Notes: a model not told the origin generated them from the sequence alone. A stretch of 64,000 bases of DNA from Veleropilina oligotropha (GCA_048128005.1 JBEUKZ010000131.1:310001-374000); one strand, 5' to 3'. Numbered from the stretch's first letter, positions 8,699 to 22,146 are shown. A program made the numbers and translations.

Positions 8699-8968
8699 AT
8701 AAAAACGTTGAAATAACCACGTCGCTCTCGCATGTGCAGGCTGTGGTGCATGAAACAGCCTCATTTTGTTGCAATTTGTCCAAAGACGGTGCCCACGTTG
8801 TGTGGCTAAAAGATGCACGTCCAATCAGAGATGGGATGAAATATTTGACCTCGGCAAATGGCCGCTTGCATACACTAACAATCCCCTCTGTCACCCTCAC
8901 CGATAGCGCCGAATATTCGGTTTTATGTGGCGGTTCTGCATCCTCAGCGAGACTAACGGTGTTGGAAG
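8699..8968 (+). CDS. Titin-like exon, Ig domain 1
   Basis: ttgcag acceptor, gtcggt donor, 270 nt, phase 1-1. Confidence 0.8.
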
Positions 8969-9395
8969 GTCGGTAGCGGGTAGCGGTGGAAAAATAATTG
9001 TCCGAATACAGGATATAAATCGCTTATTAGAGGCACAATGTTCAAGATTACATGCTGATGTTGTGTGGAATTTTGAAAGATTACTTCTTCCTTTTTAAAA
9101 AAAGTTTTCATATTTTGCCATATTGTATTCCATAAGATTGTTTACATTTTAATTTGTATATAAAGTGAAATTTTGTTGTAATATTGATGTTAATGCTAAT
9201 CGATAAATGAGTTTTAAATGTATTTAATATGTGATAAAAAATTAATATGGTGCAGAGGTCATTTCTTGCGTCAATAAATGTAAATATTTATTTACATTTG
9301 ATACACATTGTGCCTCTAATTTATATTTTCATAAATTTATTTTTCCATTTTCTAATGCAATTTAACATGAACACCATGCTGGCTTTTGTTAACAG

Positions 9396-9662
9396 AGTCT
9401 CCGATCAGAATTACATTAAGGCTGAAACGCTATTCCGTCGGTAACGAAAACCTTGCCACATTTTACTGCTTGGTTTCGAAAATAGACATTAATGTTGCAT
9501 GGTATAAGGATGATGTAGAAATCACTGCCGGCAATAAGTACGAGGTCACTGGAGAAGATCGCATGCACACGCTCACTGTCCGTTATTTGTCGACTGAGGA
9601 TTATGGCGATTACGTTGTGACTATTGATAGCCGTCATGCAAGTGGGAAACTAACGCGGGAAG
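9396..9662 (+). CDS. Titin-like exon, Ig domain 2
   Basis: AG/GT bounded, 267 nt, WYKD..DYGDY. Confidence 0.8.
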
Positions 9663-10559
9663 GTTGGTCAAGAATATCAATTATTTGCCTTTAACTTTCA
9701 TGACTTTAGTGTTCCTCTGTCAACCAAATTATATGCACTTGAAAGGAGTTATGTGAATAATTTATTTTATAAAATAATGACGAATAAGTCATTATAATAA
9801 TCTCTATGTAATTATCGCTCCTTGACAGTGATATATATTTTAATAAATTGGTTGACACAGGTTTTAGAATTTGTGTTCTTAACATTCTAACTGCTAATTG
9901 ATAGTTTAACCAACTAAAAATATAAAAAGAAACGCATTTCTTGACATGACAAATAAATTTTCATATTTACTCTTGAATCCAGTGTGTGCACTTTGGTTGC
10001 TGCATTCATGTTTGACAATGTACATGTCTGTCTCTCTGGTATCATTACCTTCTGTTGAAGTCAAATTTTCTGACCTTTGTTGCTGAGGATTGACCAAGTC
10101 TTATTTTTCTACATGCAAAATTGCACTGGCCTGCACAAATAATTAACAATTTTTACTTGCTTTTCAGAATGTTCAATTGAATATAATCAGCTGATATATT
10201 GTATTATATATTGATGATAAATCACTTGTTATTACAAAAGTTAATGTTGTTGCCGAATGGACATATTATAATCATTGTTGTAATGTCGTTTAGTGTTAAT
10301 TAAATGTAATTACACTTTTCTACAGTATATCTTGAAGAGAAGTGCTTGCTTTTACTTGTCTAGTAATGCTATAATATCACATGTTTTAACATTAATTAAG
10401 AATGGATGTTGTGATTTCCAGTGAATCTACTCTAATACGTGTTATTAATATTTATTTTATTAAATAGAGAAAATTCCGTAATATGAGCTATATTGTGACA
10501 TTGAAGAAATATCACAATGTTAAATACGATGCTTATAACACTTATGAATAATATTGTAG

Positions 10560-10826
10560 AGGCAACAGTGGAGTTCACTATCCCATTGAAGGAGACGACC
10601 TGCACGGAAGGCGACACAGCCGTGTTGGTCTGCGAGGTCTCGGAGGCAGACAAGCCGGCAAAATGGATGAAAAATGGACAATGGCTGGAGCTCCGAGAAG
10701 ACATGATGCTGGAATCGGAAGGAAACATCCACAAGCTGATCGTGAAGAACGCGCAACTGGAAGATCAAGCGGAGTACGCGATCGTAGTGAAGGACACTGA
10801 GTGCAAGGCTCTGCTCTATGTGGAAG
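10560..10826 (+). CDS. Titin-like exon, Ig domain 3
   Basis: AG/GT bounded, 267 nt. Confidence 0.88.
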
Positions 10827-10855
10827 GTAACCAACTATTCATGTGGTTTGCTAGT

Positions 10856-11552
10856 TATGCCACCACCAATTTATTGGGGTGGCATTTAGATTTACTCTTG
10901 TCCGTCCCGTCCGTCCGTCCCGTCCCGTCCGTCCCGAAACCAGTATTTGCGTGTAAGCAACTCCAATCTGCTATAACTTCTATTTGCCTTCATGGATTGA
11001 CTTGATACTTTGTACACTTGCTTATCATCATTCATGCTTCGCTTCTGCGACCCATCCATGTCGCCGTATGGCCAAGGTCAAATGACTTAGCTCTTCAAAC
11101 CAGTATTTGCGTGTAAGCAACTCCAATCTGTTATAACTTATATTTGCCTTCATGGATTGACAAGGCTGCCAGTGGGGGCATTCGTGTCCGATGGACACAT
11201 TTCTAGTTATGCCACCACCAATTTATTGGGGTGGCATTTAGATTTACTCTTGTCCGTCCCGTCCCGTCCGTCCCGAAACCAGTATTTGCGTGTAAGCAAC
11301 TCCAATCTGCTATAACTTCTATTTGCCTTCATGGATTGACTTGATACTTTGTACACTTGCTTATCATCATTCATGCTTCGCTTCTGCGACCCATCCATGT
11401 CGCCGTATGGCCAAGGTCAAGGTCAAATGACTTAGCTCTTCAAACCAGTATTTGCGTGTAAGCAACTCCAATCTGCTATAACTTCTATTTGCCTTCATGG
11501 ATTGACAAGGCTGCCAGTGGGGGCATTCGTGTCCGATGGACACATTTCTAGT
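10856..11552 (+). mobile_element. Head-to-tail dimer of a Helentron-associated non-autonomous element (HINE/DINE-1-like)
   Basis: Each unit has a 5' hairpin ATGCCACC..GGTGGCAT, (GTCC)n, a 3' subterminal repeat, palindrome GTGTCC-GAT-GGACAC and a CTAGT end; junction near 11207; third copy at 54946. Confidence 0.8.
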
Positions 11553-12018
11553 TTTTATTTTTATGCTAAACTATTCTAAATTAGTTGGTGTGCACTTGTC
11601 TTGTATGCGTCTGTTTATAAATGGGGTAAGCTTTATGAGACAAATTCATTTTCAAGGGAAGTTTGTTTGCTGCTTCAAATCTCTTTTGTAAATCTTTTGA
11701 TTATATTGCTATGACTGATATATCTCTTGCTTTATATTGCTATGACTGATATATCTCTTGCTTTATGATAAATACATTCAGTTGGATATTCGAGAATGGC
11801 AAAGCAGACTTCAGTAAATAATAATTAATCACTTGTGTCTTCATTTTAGAATCATTTATTTGATAAAAATATAATATCAATTTTCATAAAATGTTACAAC
11901 AATGTTACAACAATGCACAAAATGTGTAGCATGTATCCAAAGCCCAATAATTGGCAATTAATGCGTTAAATCCTTTCAGTTGTAACATTATGCAGTGCCC
12001 TATGTCTTCCTCCCTCAG

Positions 12019-12285
12019 AAGCCCCTGTTGAGATCACACTGCCCTTGAAGGACATTGAGTGCACCGAGCATGCTGCGGTATCCCTCGTCTGCGAGATCAA
12101 CAAGTCTAATGTTCCAGCCACGTGGTTGAAGGACAGTCATCTGCTCACACCAGAGGACAATGTCCAGATCAGCGTGGAGGACTATCGCCACACGTTGTCC
12201 ATCCCGGACGTGACGTTAGACCATGAGGCAGAGTACACCTTTACAATTATGGACAAGTCCTCAAAAGCCACCATACTTGTGGACG
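12019..12285 (+). CDS. Titin-like exon, Ig domain 4
   Basis: AG/GT bounded, 267 nt. Confidence 0.88.
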
Positions 12286-12991
12286 GTAAGAATGTAGATA
12301 TAGTTAAGAAACGCTATATGTGCTGCTCAAATTATTTCAAACTTTCATTGATCATTTTATGGTGGTAATTTTGCACAACAGGTGCATGTTATGTTAGGTA
12401 ATAATTGCTGATATGAACTAATGTATTATTTATTATACATGCATTGAAATGATCCCAAAGTAAATATGTAATATGCTTTTAATGAAATTAGAAAATGCAA
12501 TAAGCAGACATGTAAAATTTGAAACCATGTTCTATCTAGGACGGTCTGTCTGTTGGAATGATGACTGCCTTGGGTGTAATTTATTATATTATTCATAATT
12601 TTAACATTGAAGTTTCTTAACAAAAATTAAATCTGCACGGTTGTCCTTGAATTTCTCATCTGTCCCATTTAGTTATAATTTTACATTTCTTATTATTTGC
12701 ATAAATCTAACAATATTTTACAATAATATATGCATTTTTTTAATTAAAGGTATGCATGTAATAGGATACAATTTTAAAATAACATTTCTTTCATATTCGA
12801 GCACTAAATATGAAACTAATGCATTGTAACTGCATGGATGTTACCTAATATTTACTGTCCAGATGAATATTTCGTTATGTTGATTCCTTATAATTAATGC
12901 CATATAATTACATTTTATTGTAATTTGCTGATGTACAGCAGTACTAAATCTGATATTAACCTTCGTTTGCTAACCGCTAATCTGTTTACAG

Positions 12992-13264
12992 AAGAACCTG
13001 TAGGATTTGTTGTTGGTCTCCCCGACAAAAAAGTAGAGGTCACTGAAGAAAGCGACTTTACCTTTGAAGTATCGCTCTCGAAGGCACACAAAAAAGTTCA
13101 CTGGCAATTTGACGATGTTAACCTTGCTCCCAGTTCTAAGTATGAGTTTTCCTCCACGGAAACCCAAAGCCAGTTGGTTGTCCACTCGGTCACTGCCAGG
13201 GACCAAGGACAGTACTCATGCCTCGCCGGAGACCAGAAGACCTCCTCTTACCTTGTTGTTAAGG
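12992..13264 (+). CDS. Titin-like exon, Ig domain 5
   Basis: AG/GT bounded, 273 nt. Confidence 0.88.
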
Positions 13265-13652
13265 GTAATTATAATACATACGGTTCAGGTATCCATCATC
13301 AGTGCCGAAAATACCTTAAGGAGTCTCAAATTATCCCACATTTGAAATTAATGGTGGATATTAACTATAAGTATATACGAAAAATGGCTTCACTAATCTA
13401 TCCATGACATTGCATGCCCACTATATATGTTCCTGTCACTAACCATGAATTATTAAGTTCTATAATTTGCATGGCAATATTTTTGTTGTCTTATAATAGT
13501 AGTAATACTTTACAATCATTCTGATGCTCACCTATTAACATGATAACATGAAGTAACATGATAATAATAATTGAGAATTCTCCATAATCATACTTTTTCG
13601 AGAGTATTTTTCATTCTTCAAACAAGGAATAACATTTACTTGCCTTTTGTAG

Positions 13653-13922
13653 AGGCACCAATCCACATCACGTTACCACTGAAGGACATTGACTGTCGTG
13701 AAACCGAGTCGGCTACGTTTGTTTGTGAAGTGTCCAAGAAGGATGCTCCCGTGAAGTGGCTGAAAGATGGTGAAGACATCACAGACAGTGAAGGATACGA
13801 AATAAACGTTGACGGCAGACAGCACACACTGACGATTCCCGAGGTTACGGTCGATCACAACGCCGAGTATACGGTGGTCGTCATCGGAGACAATAAGTCA
13901 TCCGCCCGACTCCATGTTGAAG
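13653..13922 (+). CDS. Titin-like exon, Ig domain 6
   Basis: AG/GT bounded, 270 nt. Confidence 0.88.
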
Positions 13923-14232
13923 GTAAGAGACCATTTCCTGGTATTTGGAAGCACAATGTTCATTCAATTTCATGCTAAAAATGAAAATGGGTTACTTTAT
14001 TTGTCAATATTTTATCTGTATTAATAATGTATAGAGACTTCTGCTTTTCATTTACTTTGTGTTTATTGTCAAGTTTAGACATTTATGATCATACATGTAT
14101 TGGAATGATCATATTGGAATATGATATATCACATTTTGTGGTCAACTGTATTAATCTATGTGTGAGTCTTTCATGAAAATATTATTTGGTTATAATATTA
14201 ACTCATCAGAATATATTATCTTCATTTTGTAG

Positions 14233-14502
14233 AAATAGATGCAGAATTCACCGTAAAATTATCAGACACCGAAGCCAAAGAAAACGAGACGGTTGAGTTT
14301 GTTTGCGAGCTGAGTAAGCCGGACGTTCCCGTTCAGTGGCTGAAAAACCATAAGCCCATCGTTCCCAGCAAGCGTGTCAAGTTCTTCTGTGATCGTCGTC
14401 GCCATCGGCTGAGAATCCTCGATACAATCATGGAGGACGAGGGTGAATACACCTGCATTACCCCCGGCGACCACTCGTCATCGGCTAAGCTGACAGTTAT
14501 GG
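14233..14502 (+). CDS. Titin-like exon, Ig domain 7
   Basis: AG/GT bounded, 270 nt, WLKN..DEGEY. Confidence 0.85.
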
Positions 14503-15001
14503 GTAAGATGCTCATCATGGTCATTGCAGACATAAAAGTAGTGCGAAATGAGTTGATCCGTAACGTTAAATGCCAATCTGTTATATTTTATTTGTATGAT
14601 TCTAGCCACTGCAATCATATACATTAACAAATAATCACAATGCAGGTTTGACAAGAATGTTCATCTACCTTATATATTGCAACAAATTGTTCTGGGATAT
14701 GAAATAGCTATATAATTATGTCTCGTCTGATTTGCTAATTTAGTTCTCTAATTTCTTTGCATGTGCATTTACAATTGTCGGAGAAAGGCCATGCAACCTT
14801 GTCTACATAATCCTTTGGCATTTATTCCCATGGCTTTGAAATTATGGACATTAAACTGATTTGAATAATGCAAATATGCTTGCTCAGAAGCTTTCTATGG
14901 AAATGAGAGTAAAATTTCACTATATTACCATATTCTTACCAAATGACAACTCTCTAAGGATAGACAGTAAATGACATTTAATCCTCCTGTTTTCTTTCCA
15001 G

Positions 15002-15268
15002 AATTGCCGCCCGTGTTCTCTATTCCTCTCACGGATGTCGACGTTGCCGAGGGAGAGATAGCCTCGTTCCAGTGCCAGATCACGAAGGCTGATGTGCCGG
15101 CGCTATGGCTGCGAGACGGAGAGCTCATCGAGCCTGGCGGCCGCTTCGAGATGATCACCGATGGCCTGATACAGTGCCTCATCATCCAGGACACAGACCT
15201 CGAAGACGAGGCAGAGTATATGTGCATGGTGGGCGAGGAGACGACGAGGGCCATGCTGTATGTGGAAG
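15002..15268 (+). CDS. Titin-like exon, Ig domain 8
   Basis: AG/GT bounded, 267 nt to the first donor. Confidence 0.85.
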
Positions 15269-16180
15269 GTAGGTCAACAACGGATGTGTCGTGCATGGTG
15301 TGCGAGGAGACAATGAGGGCCATGCTGTATGTGGAAGGTAGGCCAATAACGAATGTGTCGTGCATGGTGGGCAAGGAAACGACGGCCATGCTGTATGTGG
15401 AAGGTAGGCCAATAACAGATGTGTCACGCATGGTGGGCAAGGAGACGACCAGGGGCCATGCTGTATGTGAAAGGTAGACCAATAGCGGATGTGTCGCGCA
15501 TGGTGGGCAAGGAGACGAAGGCCATGTTGTATGTGGAAGGTAGGCCAATAACAGATGTGTCACGCATGGTGGGCAAGGAGACGACCAGGGGCCATGCTGT
15601 ATGTGAAAGGTAGACCAATAGCGGATGTGTCGCGCATGGTGGGCAAGGAGACGAAGGCCATGTTGTATGTGGAAGATAGGCCAATAACGGATGTGTGTCG
15701 CACATGGTGGGCAAGGAGACAATGGTGGGCGAGGAGACGAGGGCTGTGCTGTATGTGGATGGTAGGCCAATAGCTGATGTGTCATGCATGGTGGGCGAGG
15801 AGATGAGGGCCATGCTGTATGTGAAAGGTAGGCAATAACAAATGTGCTGCGCATTGTGGGCAAGGAGACGAGGGCCATGCTGTATGTGGAAGGTAGGCCA
15901 ATAGCAGATGTGTCGTGCATGGTGGGAGAGAAGACGAGGGCCATGCTGTGTGTGAAAGGTAGGCCAATAGCAGATGTGTCGCATGGTGGGAGAGAAGACG
16001 AGAGCCATGCTGTATGTGGAAGGTAGGCCAATAGCAGATGTGTCGTGCATGGTGGGAGAGAAGACGAGGGCCATGCTGTGTGTGAAAGGTAGGCCAATAG
16101 CTGATGTGTCGCATGGTGGGAGAGAAGATGAGGGCCATGCTGTATGTGGAAGGTAGGCCAATAGCTGATGTGTCTTGCAT
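15219..16180 (+). repeat. Minisatellite, unit about 65-70 bp, about 14 copies, derived from the exon 3' end and splice donor
   Basis: Repeated GCCATGCTGTATGTGGAAGGTAGGCCAATA..GATGTGTCG.GCATGGTGGG. Confidence 0.92.
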
Positions 16181-16413
16181 GAATGCTAGGCTGTCAAATA
16201 ACATACTACTTGTTGATGGTAGTAATATGCTCATATAGCATGTTACTTGTTAAAGATCATCCACCCATCAGCATGAATTTATGCATATTACTGGTATATT
16301 TTATGACTGTGTACATGTAATATCCTTTAGCATTAAGTATATTGCCAATTAAAGATGTTTGCACCACACATTTGTAGGCAGTAATATTGTATGCTCAACT
16401 AAGACATGAATCT

Positions 16414-17992
16414 CAAGACTTAAAATTTGAGAGGAACGATCGTTTCGTTCGTCTGGCGGTTATGCAAATCCAAAAACTAGGGGAACAGAAAATCGTTCGT
16501 GCAAAATGCTAGATCGTTTACCTTGTAAGCTTCAAAAAATATATTTCATTAGGCCTACTAATCTTATGTAATCTGATTTATGACATATTACTTGTTTAAA
16601 AAGCTATCCATGTATTAAAAAAACTGGACCATTTGATAATGTCTTGTCTTTTTTTACAAAAAGGTCAAGACATAAAAAAACTATTAAATTGACTTTTTAT
16701 TCACTTAACTTCATCATAATATGTCCAAGTCGCTTGTGTTCCACGTGTGCCGCCATTGTTGTTGATCCTACATCAAGCGGATGCCTTCGTTTAAACAACT
16801 GAGTTCGGAACTGAGTTTCTGTAAATACTATTTATATATTGTCTATAAAAACGCTGAATTGAAAAACTGTGTTTAAGTAGGATGTTTTCTGAAAATTTAA
16901 ATTTGACGAAAGTGGAATGGTTTTTCAAATGGATTTGTTCTAAAATGGCTGTTAAGAAATTAAAGTAATTTTAATGAGAGTATCTATTAATTATTAATAA
17001 AGTTTTACTTTTGCTTGCTTTTATATGACAGCCAAGCTATTAATAATAAAACATAGTTAACATAACCTGATAGTCATGAAGTGATAGAAATAACTTTTAA
17101 AATTTTAATTTTACCATTCATGGACAATTGAAACTTTATTATTATAAATATTGAATGACTGCCTAAAATTGACTCGGGTGGCAATTATTTCATATCACAC
17201 CTTTTGAGATGGATAATGCATATTTCAGGGTGTATATTCTATAGTTGGCATCTATGATGATCATGAAATTAATGCTAATAGTATTAAAATATTTCCCATG
17301 CAGTTATAGTCAGTGGATGTATAATAGTATGACCATGTTATGAATACTGGCTGGATATTTTAGGCAAAAGCCATCTGATCGGAAGGCGACATCAAAACCC
17401 TGAGTCTAGGCTGAAATATTGCTAAAAGCGGTCGTACAATATTGAACTTGCATCTAAAGTAATCTGATATTTATAAGCATTACTTCTTTCGCGTCACCCA
17501 TATTATGTGAAATACATAACAAATAATATGCATAACCTAATGGGTTACGCCAGTAAAATAGATTTTTCAGTTATCGTGGCCTGGTTCTGTAATCCATGAT
17601 ATTCAATTTGTAAACATTTCCATCTTCTTCACGGTAAACTTCAGCGAATGCAGAAGAAAATTTATCAGGTGTCCGGTACCGTTTTGGCACGAAACATTCT
17701 ATTTATAACATGGAAGTAACAATTGCAATTTAATATTTTTCGGGAAACAATACCACAATATTGTGTTCATACGTCTGATCGTACAGTTTCTATTTTTGCA
17801 TAACCTGAAAAATTCACACTACGTTGGTATTATTCAGTTCCTGTTCGTGTATATAATTAATATTTATTATTTAAGTGACATTTTGATGAAGTGACAGTTT
17901 TCATCTCAAACTTCATAAAGAAATAGTTCCTCTGCAACAAAAGTGCAAGAACGGTAAAACCGTTATGCAAAAAATTGAAATTTTAAGGCCTG
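16414..17992. mobile_element. Decayed non-autonomous TIR DNA transposon, possibly hAT-like
   Basis: Imperfect 15-bp TIR CAAGACTTAAAATTT / AAATTTTAAGGCCTG; repeated subterminal GTTATGCA and GAGGAAC motifs; no clean TSD. Confidence 0.45.
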
Positions 17993-18114
17993 CATGATAG
18001 TATGCTTGTTTAAGCAAAGAAGACGAGGAAGGTATTTATTTTGCGGCGTTTTATATTCGAAAATACTCAGCTACCCTAAATCATCGTCTTATTTTGATAC
18101 TTATTTTTCTCCAG

Positions 18115-18381
18115 AGGGTCCAATGGATATACTAAAACCACTCAGGGACATGCATGTTACAGAGAAAGAGCGGGTCATGTTAGAGTGCGAAGTTTCCAAA
18201 TCCGGACTGAAGGCGGCGTGGTACAAAGATGGTCAGGAGTTGTATGACAGCGATCATATCGAGCTGACAAAAGCAGACACCGTTCATCGACTGACCATCG
18301 CCTCTGCAGAAAAGACAGACGAGGGAAAATACTCTGTCATCTTTGGCGACAATAAATCTACTGCATCAGTCAAAGTTGAAG
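18115..18381 (+). CDS. Titin-like exon, Ig domain 9
   Basis: AG/GT bounded, 267 nt. Confidence 0.88.
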
Positions 18382-18520
18382 GTAAGAACACAATGATATA
18401 TATATATACAAAAGAGAGAGATTTTAATATCTGCTGTCTGTATGTCAACAAATTGTGTAGATAAGTAAAAATTATTAATAAAATGCATGTTTCTAACTGA
18501 TTAATGTAAATGCATTGTTT

Positions 18521-19443
18521 TTGGCCCGCCTGTGAGGCAGGGCTCTAGTCGTGGACTGGCGTCCATCGGCATCGGCGTCCACTGATCGCTTTTTGTCAGA
18601 TAGAAGACGAACCGCTGGACCTACACTTTTCATATTTGGTATACACCTTGTATACCATCATGCCTTTCTTATGTTCAAAGTTGGGGTCAATGGATCAAAG
18701 GTCAAGGTCATTTCCATTCTGGACTTGGAAGATTACTTTCTGTCAAATAGAAAATGAACCGCTGGACTTATGCTTTTCATATTTGGTATACACCTTGAAT
18801 ACCATCAGGCCTTGCCTAAGTTCAAAGTTGGGGTCACTGGGTCAAAGGTCAAGGTCATTTTCGTGTCTTTCCGTTCAGGACTTGAAGATTGCTTTCTGTC
18901 AAATAGACGACGAACCGTTAGACCTACGCTATTCATATTCGGTATACACCTTGTATATCATCAGTTCAAAGTTGAGGTCAAAGGTCAAGGTCGTTTTCGT
19001 GTATTTCCAATCTGGACTTGGAAAATTGCTGTCTGTCAAATAGAAGCCTAACCGCTGGACCTATGCTTTTCATATTTGGTATACACCTTAAGCTGTATAC
19101 CATCAGGCCTTGCATAAGTTCAAAGATGAGGTCACTGGTTCAAAGGTCAAGGTCGCTTTCATGTCTTTCCAATCTGGACTTGATTGCTTTTTGTCAAATA
19201 GAAGACGAACCGCTGGACCTACACTTTTCATATTTGATATACACCTTATATGCCTTGCCTTGCCTAAATTCAAAGATGGGTCACTGGGTCAAAGCCCTGG
19301 TCATTTTCGTGTATTTCCGTTCTGAACTTGCAATATACTTTCTGACAGTTACTATGAAATTTATTATAGAGTTATTGATTATGTAATCTCTATGGATATA
19401 TTATATACAAAAGGTGGGCCAGTATGAGGAGCATACCTCTAGT
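18521..19443 (+). mobile_element. HINE-like element with about 5 internal 140-165-bp repeats
   Basis: 5' GGCCCGCCTG..CAGGGC hairpin, repeats containing GGTCAAAGGTCAAGGTCA, 3' AGGTGGGCC, GTATG..CATAC palindrome, CTAGT end. Confidence 0.75.
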
Positions 19444-19850
19444 ATTACATACAATGTTTTTATTGTGCATACCATAAAGATTTAGCCACAGAATAAACCA
19501 ATTGGAATCTTAATTATTGCCAATTTATTTTAGAAATAATTATTTTTAATTTTAAACTTTCTTTCAGCTAAGCAACTGATACTATACTGTATTGATTTGC
19601 ATAATGAAATTAACGATATTAATGGGCATGATTTTGTTTGTAACAAAAAATAAGCTTATTTTGATTATAAAATTAATTAAAGGTCAATCAAGCCTGCCTG
19701 GATCTCAAGTGAATATTACTATAATTATATCCAATCAGCAACTCAATATGTATACATGTAGTTAAATTATCAGAAATTTTAAATATACCATACATGTATA
19801 TATTTATGGTGTCCATCCAATCGTATTTTATCATTTTGCCCTAATAACAG

Positions 19851-20393
19851 AGGAGCCAATTAGGATCGTTGTTCCAATGAATGACGGGCTGCTTCGGCAG
19901 CGCAGTGGGTAGAGTGTCCACTCTAATTTCACTGGCTGGATTCCGCTAATGCGAACAGTAGTGGGTTCAATGCCTGGCTGAGGCATTGAAATTTGTTCAA
20001 GTTATGAATCACAGTTGTCCGTGACTGACCGAAGAGGGCGGGTTTACCCGGGCGACCGGGGTTTCCTCCCGCGATAACACGGACATGTCCTGCCTTGAAC
20101 CTTGATGTTGTAAATATACAGGACATTAAGCATCATTCCTCCTCCTCCTCCAATAAATGACCTAGAAATTGAGGAAGGAAAGACAGCAGTGCTGGAAGTA
20201 GTTGTCTCTCACAATCTTGTAAAAGCAAAATGGCAGAAAAATGGACGAAATTTGTCTGTTAAAGATGGTTACGATATAAGATTCAAAGGCAAGGTGCACA
20301 AACTGACCCTTGATGACTTGGAACCTGTTGACGGCGGAAAATATACGTTTCTCATAGACAGAGACCAGTGTTCGGCTTTTATGAAGGTTACAG
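19851..20393 (+). pseudogene. Titin-like Ig domain 10 exon interrupted by a SINE; either skipped or rescued as 20166-20393
   Basis: Removing 19886-20161 restores a 267-nt phase 1-1 Ig exon (EEPIRIVVPMND/LEIEEGKTAVLEV..); the insert has an in-frame TAG at 19910. Confidence 0.8.
19886..20149 (+). mobile_element. tRNA-derived SINE
   Basis: A-box-like GGCAGCGCAGTGG, B-box-like GGGTTCAATGCC, (CCT)n tail, TSD CCAATGAATGAC/CCAATAAATGAC; other copies at 41174 and 56614. Confidence 0.85.
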
Positions 20394-21355
20394 GTACAAA
20401 CTGGTGGTGAAGAGACACAGAGAGCGACTTTTGCAAAGCCGAATAGGACACCATTCATTGATATAGATTGAGTTAGCCATGATGTGAACACAAAGACATT
20501 GTAACAAAGAAATTGATATCTTTCATGTCTCTATTGCACTATTGTCCAGCAAGGGTCCGCCCTGGTTGCTGAGTGGGAAAGAGTATTCCACCCCAATTAA
20601 TGCAAATGTAATGACTTCGCTGCTTTGCAGAAGAGAGTTCGAAACTGGTCAAAGACAGTGTTACGGACTACTTACCACTCACAATGGTCCACGATTGGAC
20701 AGGTTTTCCTGGGTGCCCTGGATTTCTTCCTGCAACCATTAAAATGTATTTTGATATCTAACATAGTTCTATGCAGAAGTTGAAATTAAGACTATGTGTT
20801 CACTTCTGGCAAACTCATAAGAAAATGAACCATCTGCAGTGAATTCAGATTAACATGTGACAGAGCCAATCAAAAATGCGGTTACATGATGATTTGTGCC
20901 CATGTGTCTTGTTCTGTTATTGGCTGGCTATTTGATGCTATTAAAAAACATTTTATTGGTACATGACTTTTAAATGAATATTAATTTCTAATTTATGCAT
21001 GAAAGTTACATTGAATTTCTTTACTGAAAGGTAAGATTACTGATTAATTATTTCACTAATGGTTAATCATGTTTCATTTACCACTAAATACTTATTATTT
21101 TATACTTAGTAAAATATCATTTTCTGTCATTTTTAATTAATTTTTACTTTTTTATTTTCTTAATTGATTTTTACCTGTTTTTCCTTTGTTTTCTTAGAGT
21201 GTTGCGTGGGGTAGTTAGCATTATATGGATAATGGTAATATAGAATAAATGCATGTTTATTGATTATATATGTTTATATATTAATTTCCATTTTCTTATG
21301 ACTTCAACATGCAAGTGTATCAAATAATTAATCATCACCATATTTTGTATTTCAG

Positions 21356-21622
21356 AAGGCCCGCTTGAGATCCTGAGGCCTTTGACCGACACCGAGGTCA
21401 TGGAGGGAAGTCCAGTGACCTTGGAGTGTGTCGTGTCCAAACCAAGTATCCCATCGGAATGGTTCAAGGATGACAAGTTGATCAAGCCCAGCGATCGCCT
21501 GACCATGTCAGTGGACGGGCCTAGCCACACGCTCACTATCCCAGAAGTAGACGTCGATGATGAGGCGGAATACATCGTCAAGCTCGGCGATTTATCATCA
21601 AAAGCAACAATACTCATCAATG
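21356..21622 (+). CDS. Titin-like exon, Ig domain 11
   Basis: AG/GT bounded, 267 nt. Confidence 0.88.
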
Positions 21623-21876
21623 GTAATGCAAAAGTAGAAATGGTTAAACGTTAATATTATATTCACTAGCACCCGAAATCCAGAAAATATCTTACTGGCA
21701 TGAACATTGAAATGTACCTAAATATTTGATTTTGATTTGATTTACTATCTACCATCCTGTAACTGCTGAAACAGCAATTATCCACACACACATAGAAGAT
21801 AGGGGTGATCATAAGTCTCATCACAAGAGATTAAAAAAGTATGTATATTCTGTAGATCATCTTTATTGTATTTCAG

Positions 21877-22146
21877 AAGAGGAAGTGAACTTTGTGAGGA
21901 ACCTTGAGGACACCACCCTTGCGACCATTCCTGCGACAGCATTGTTTGAATGTGAACTGTCCAGAGAGAATGTCCATACAAAATGGCTGTTCATGGGCAA
22001 ACCAATCCAGAAAGACGACAGGCATGAATTCATCCATGACGGTGTAATCCATAAGCTGTTGGTCCACAATGTGGATTCAAAGGATGTGGGGATGTTCACG
22101 GTCATCGCTCGGGGCAAGAAGTCAGAAGCAGAGTTGTACATCGAAG
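21877..22146 (+). CDS. Titin-like exon, Ig domain 12
   Basis: AG/GT bounded, 270 nt. Confidence 0.88.

Noticed and set aside
14925..16234. Long minus-strand ORFs of up to 390 aa
   Set aside because: They are translations of the minisatellite.
19886..19980. tRNA gene
   Set aside because: A and B boxes only, no full cloverleaf; it is the head of a dispersed SINE with TSDs.
21160..21216. Possible microexon after a strong pyrimidine tract (acceptor at 21197)
   Set aside because: Available donors give 8 or 13 nt, which are not frame-preserving; unsupported without RNA data.
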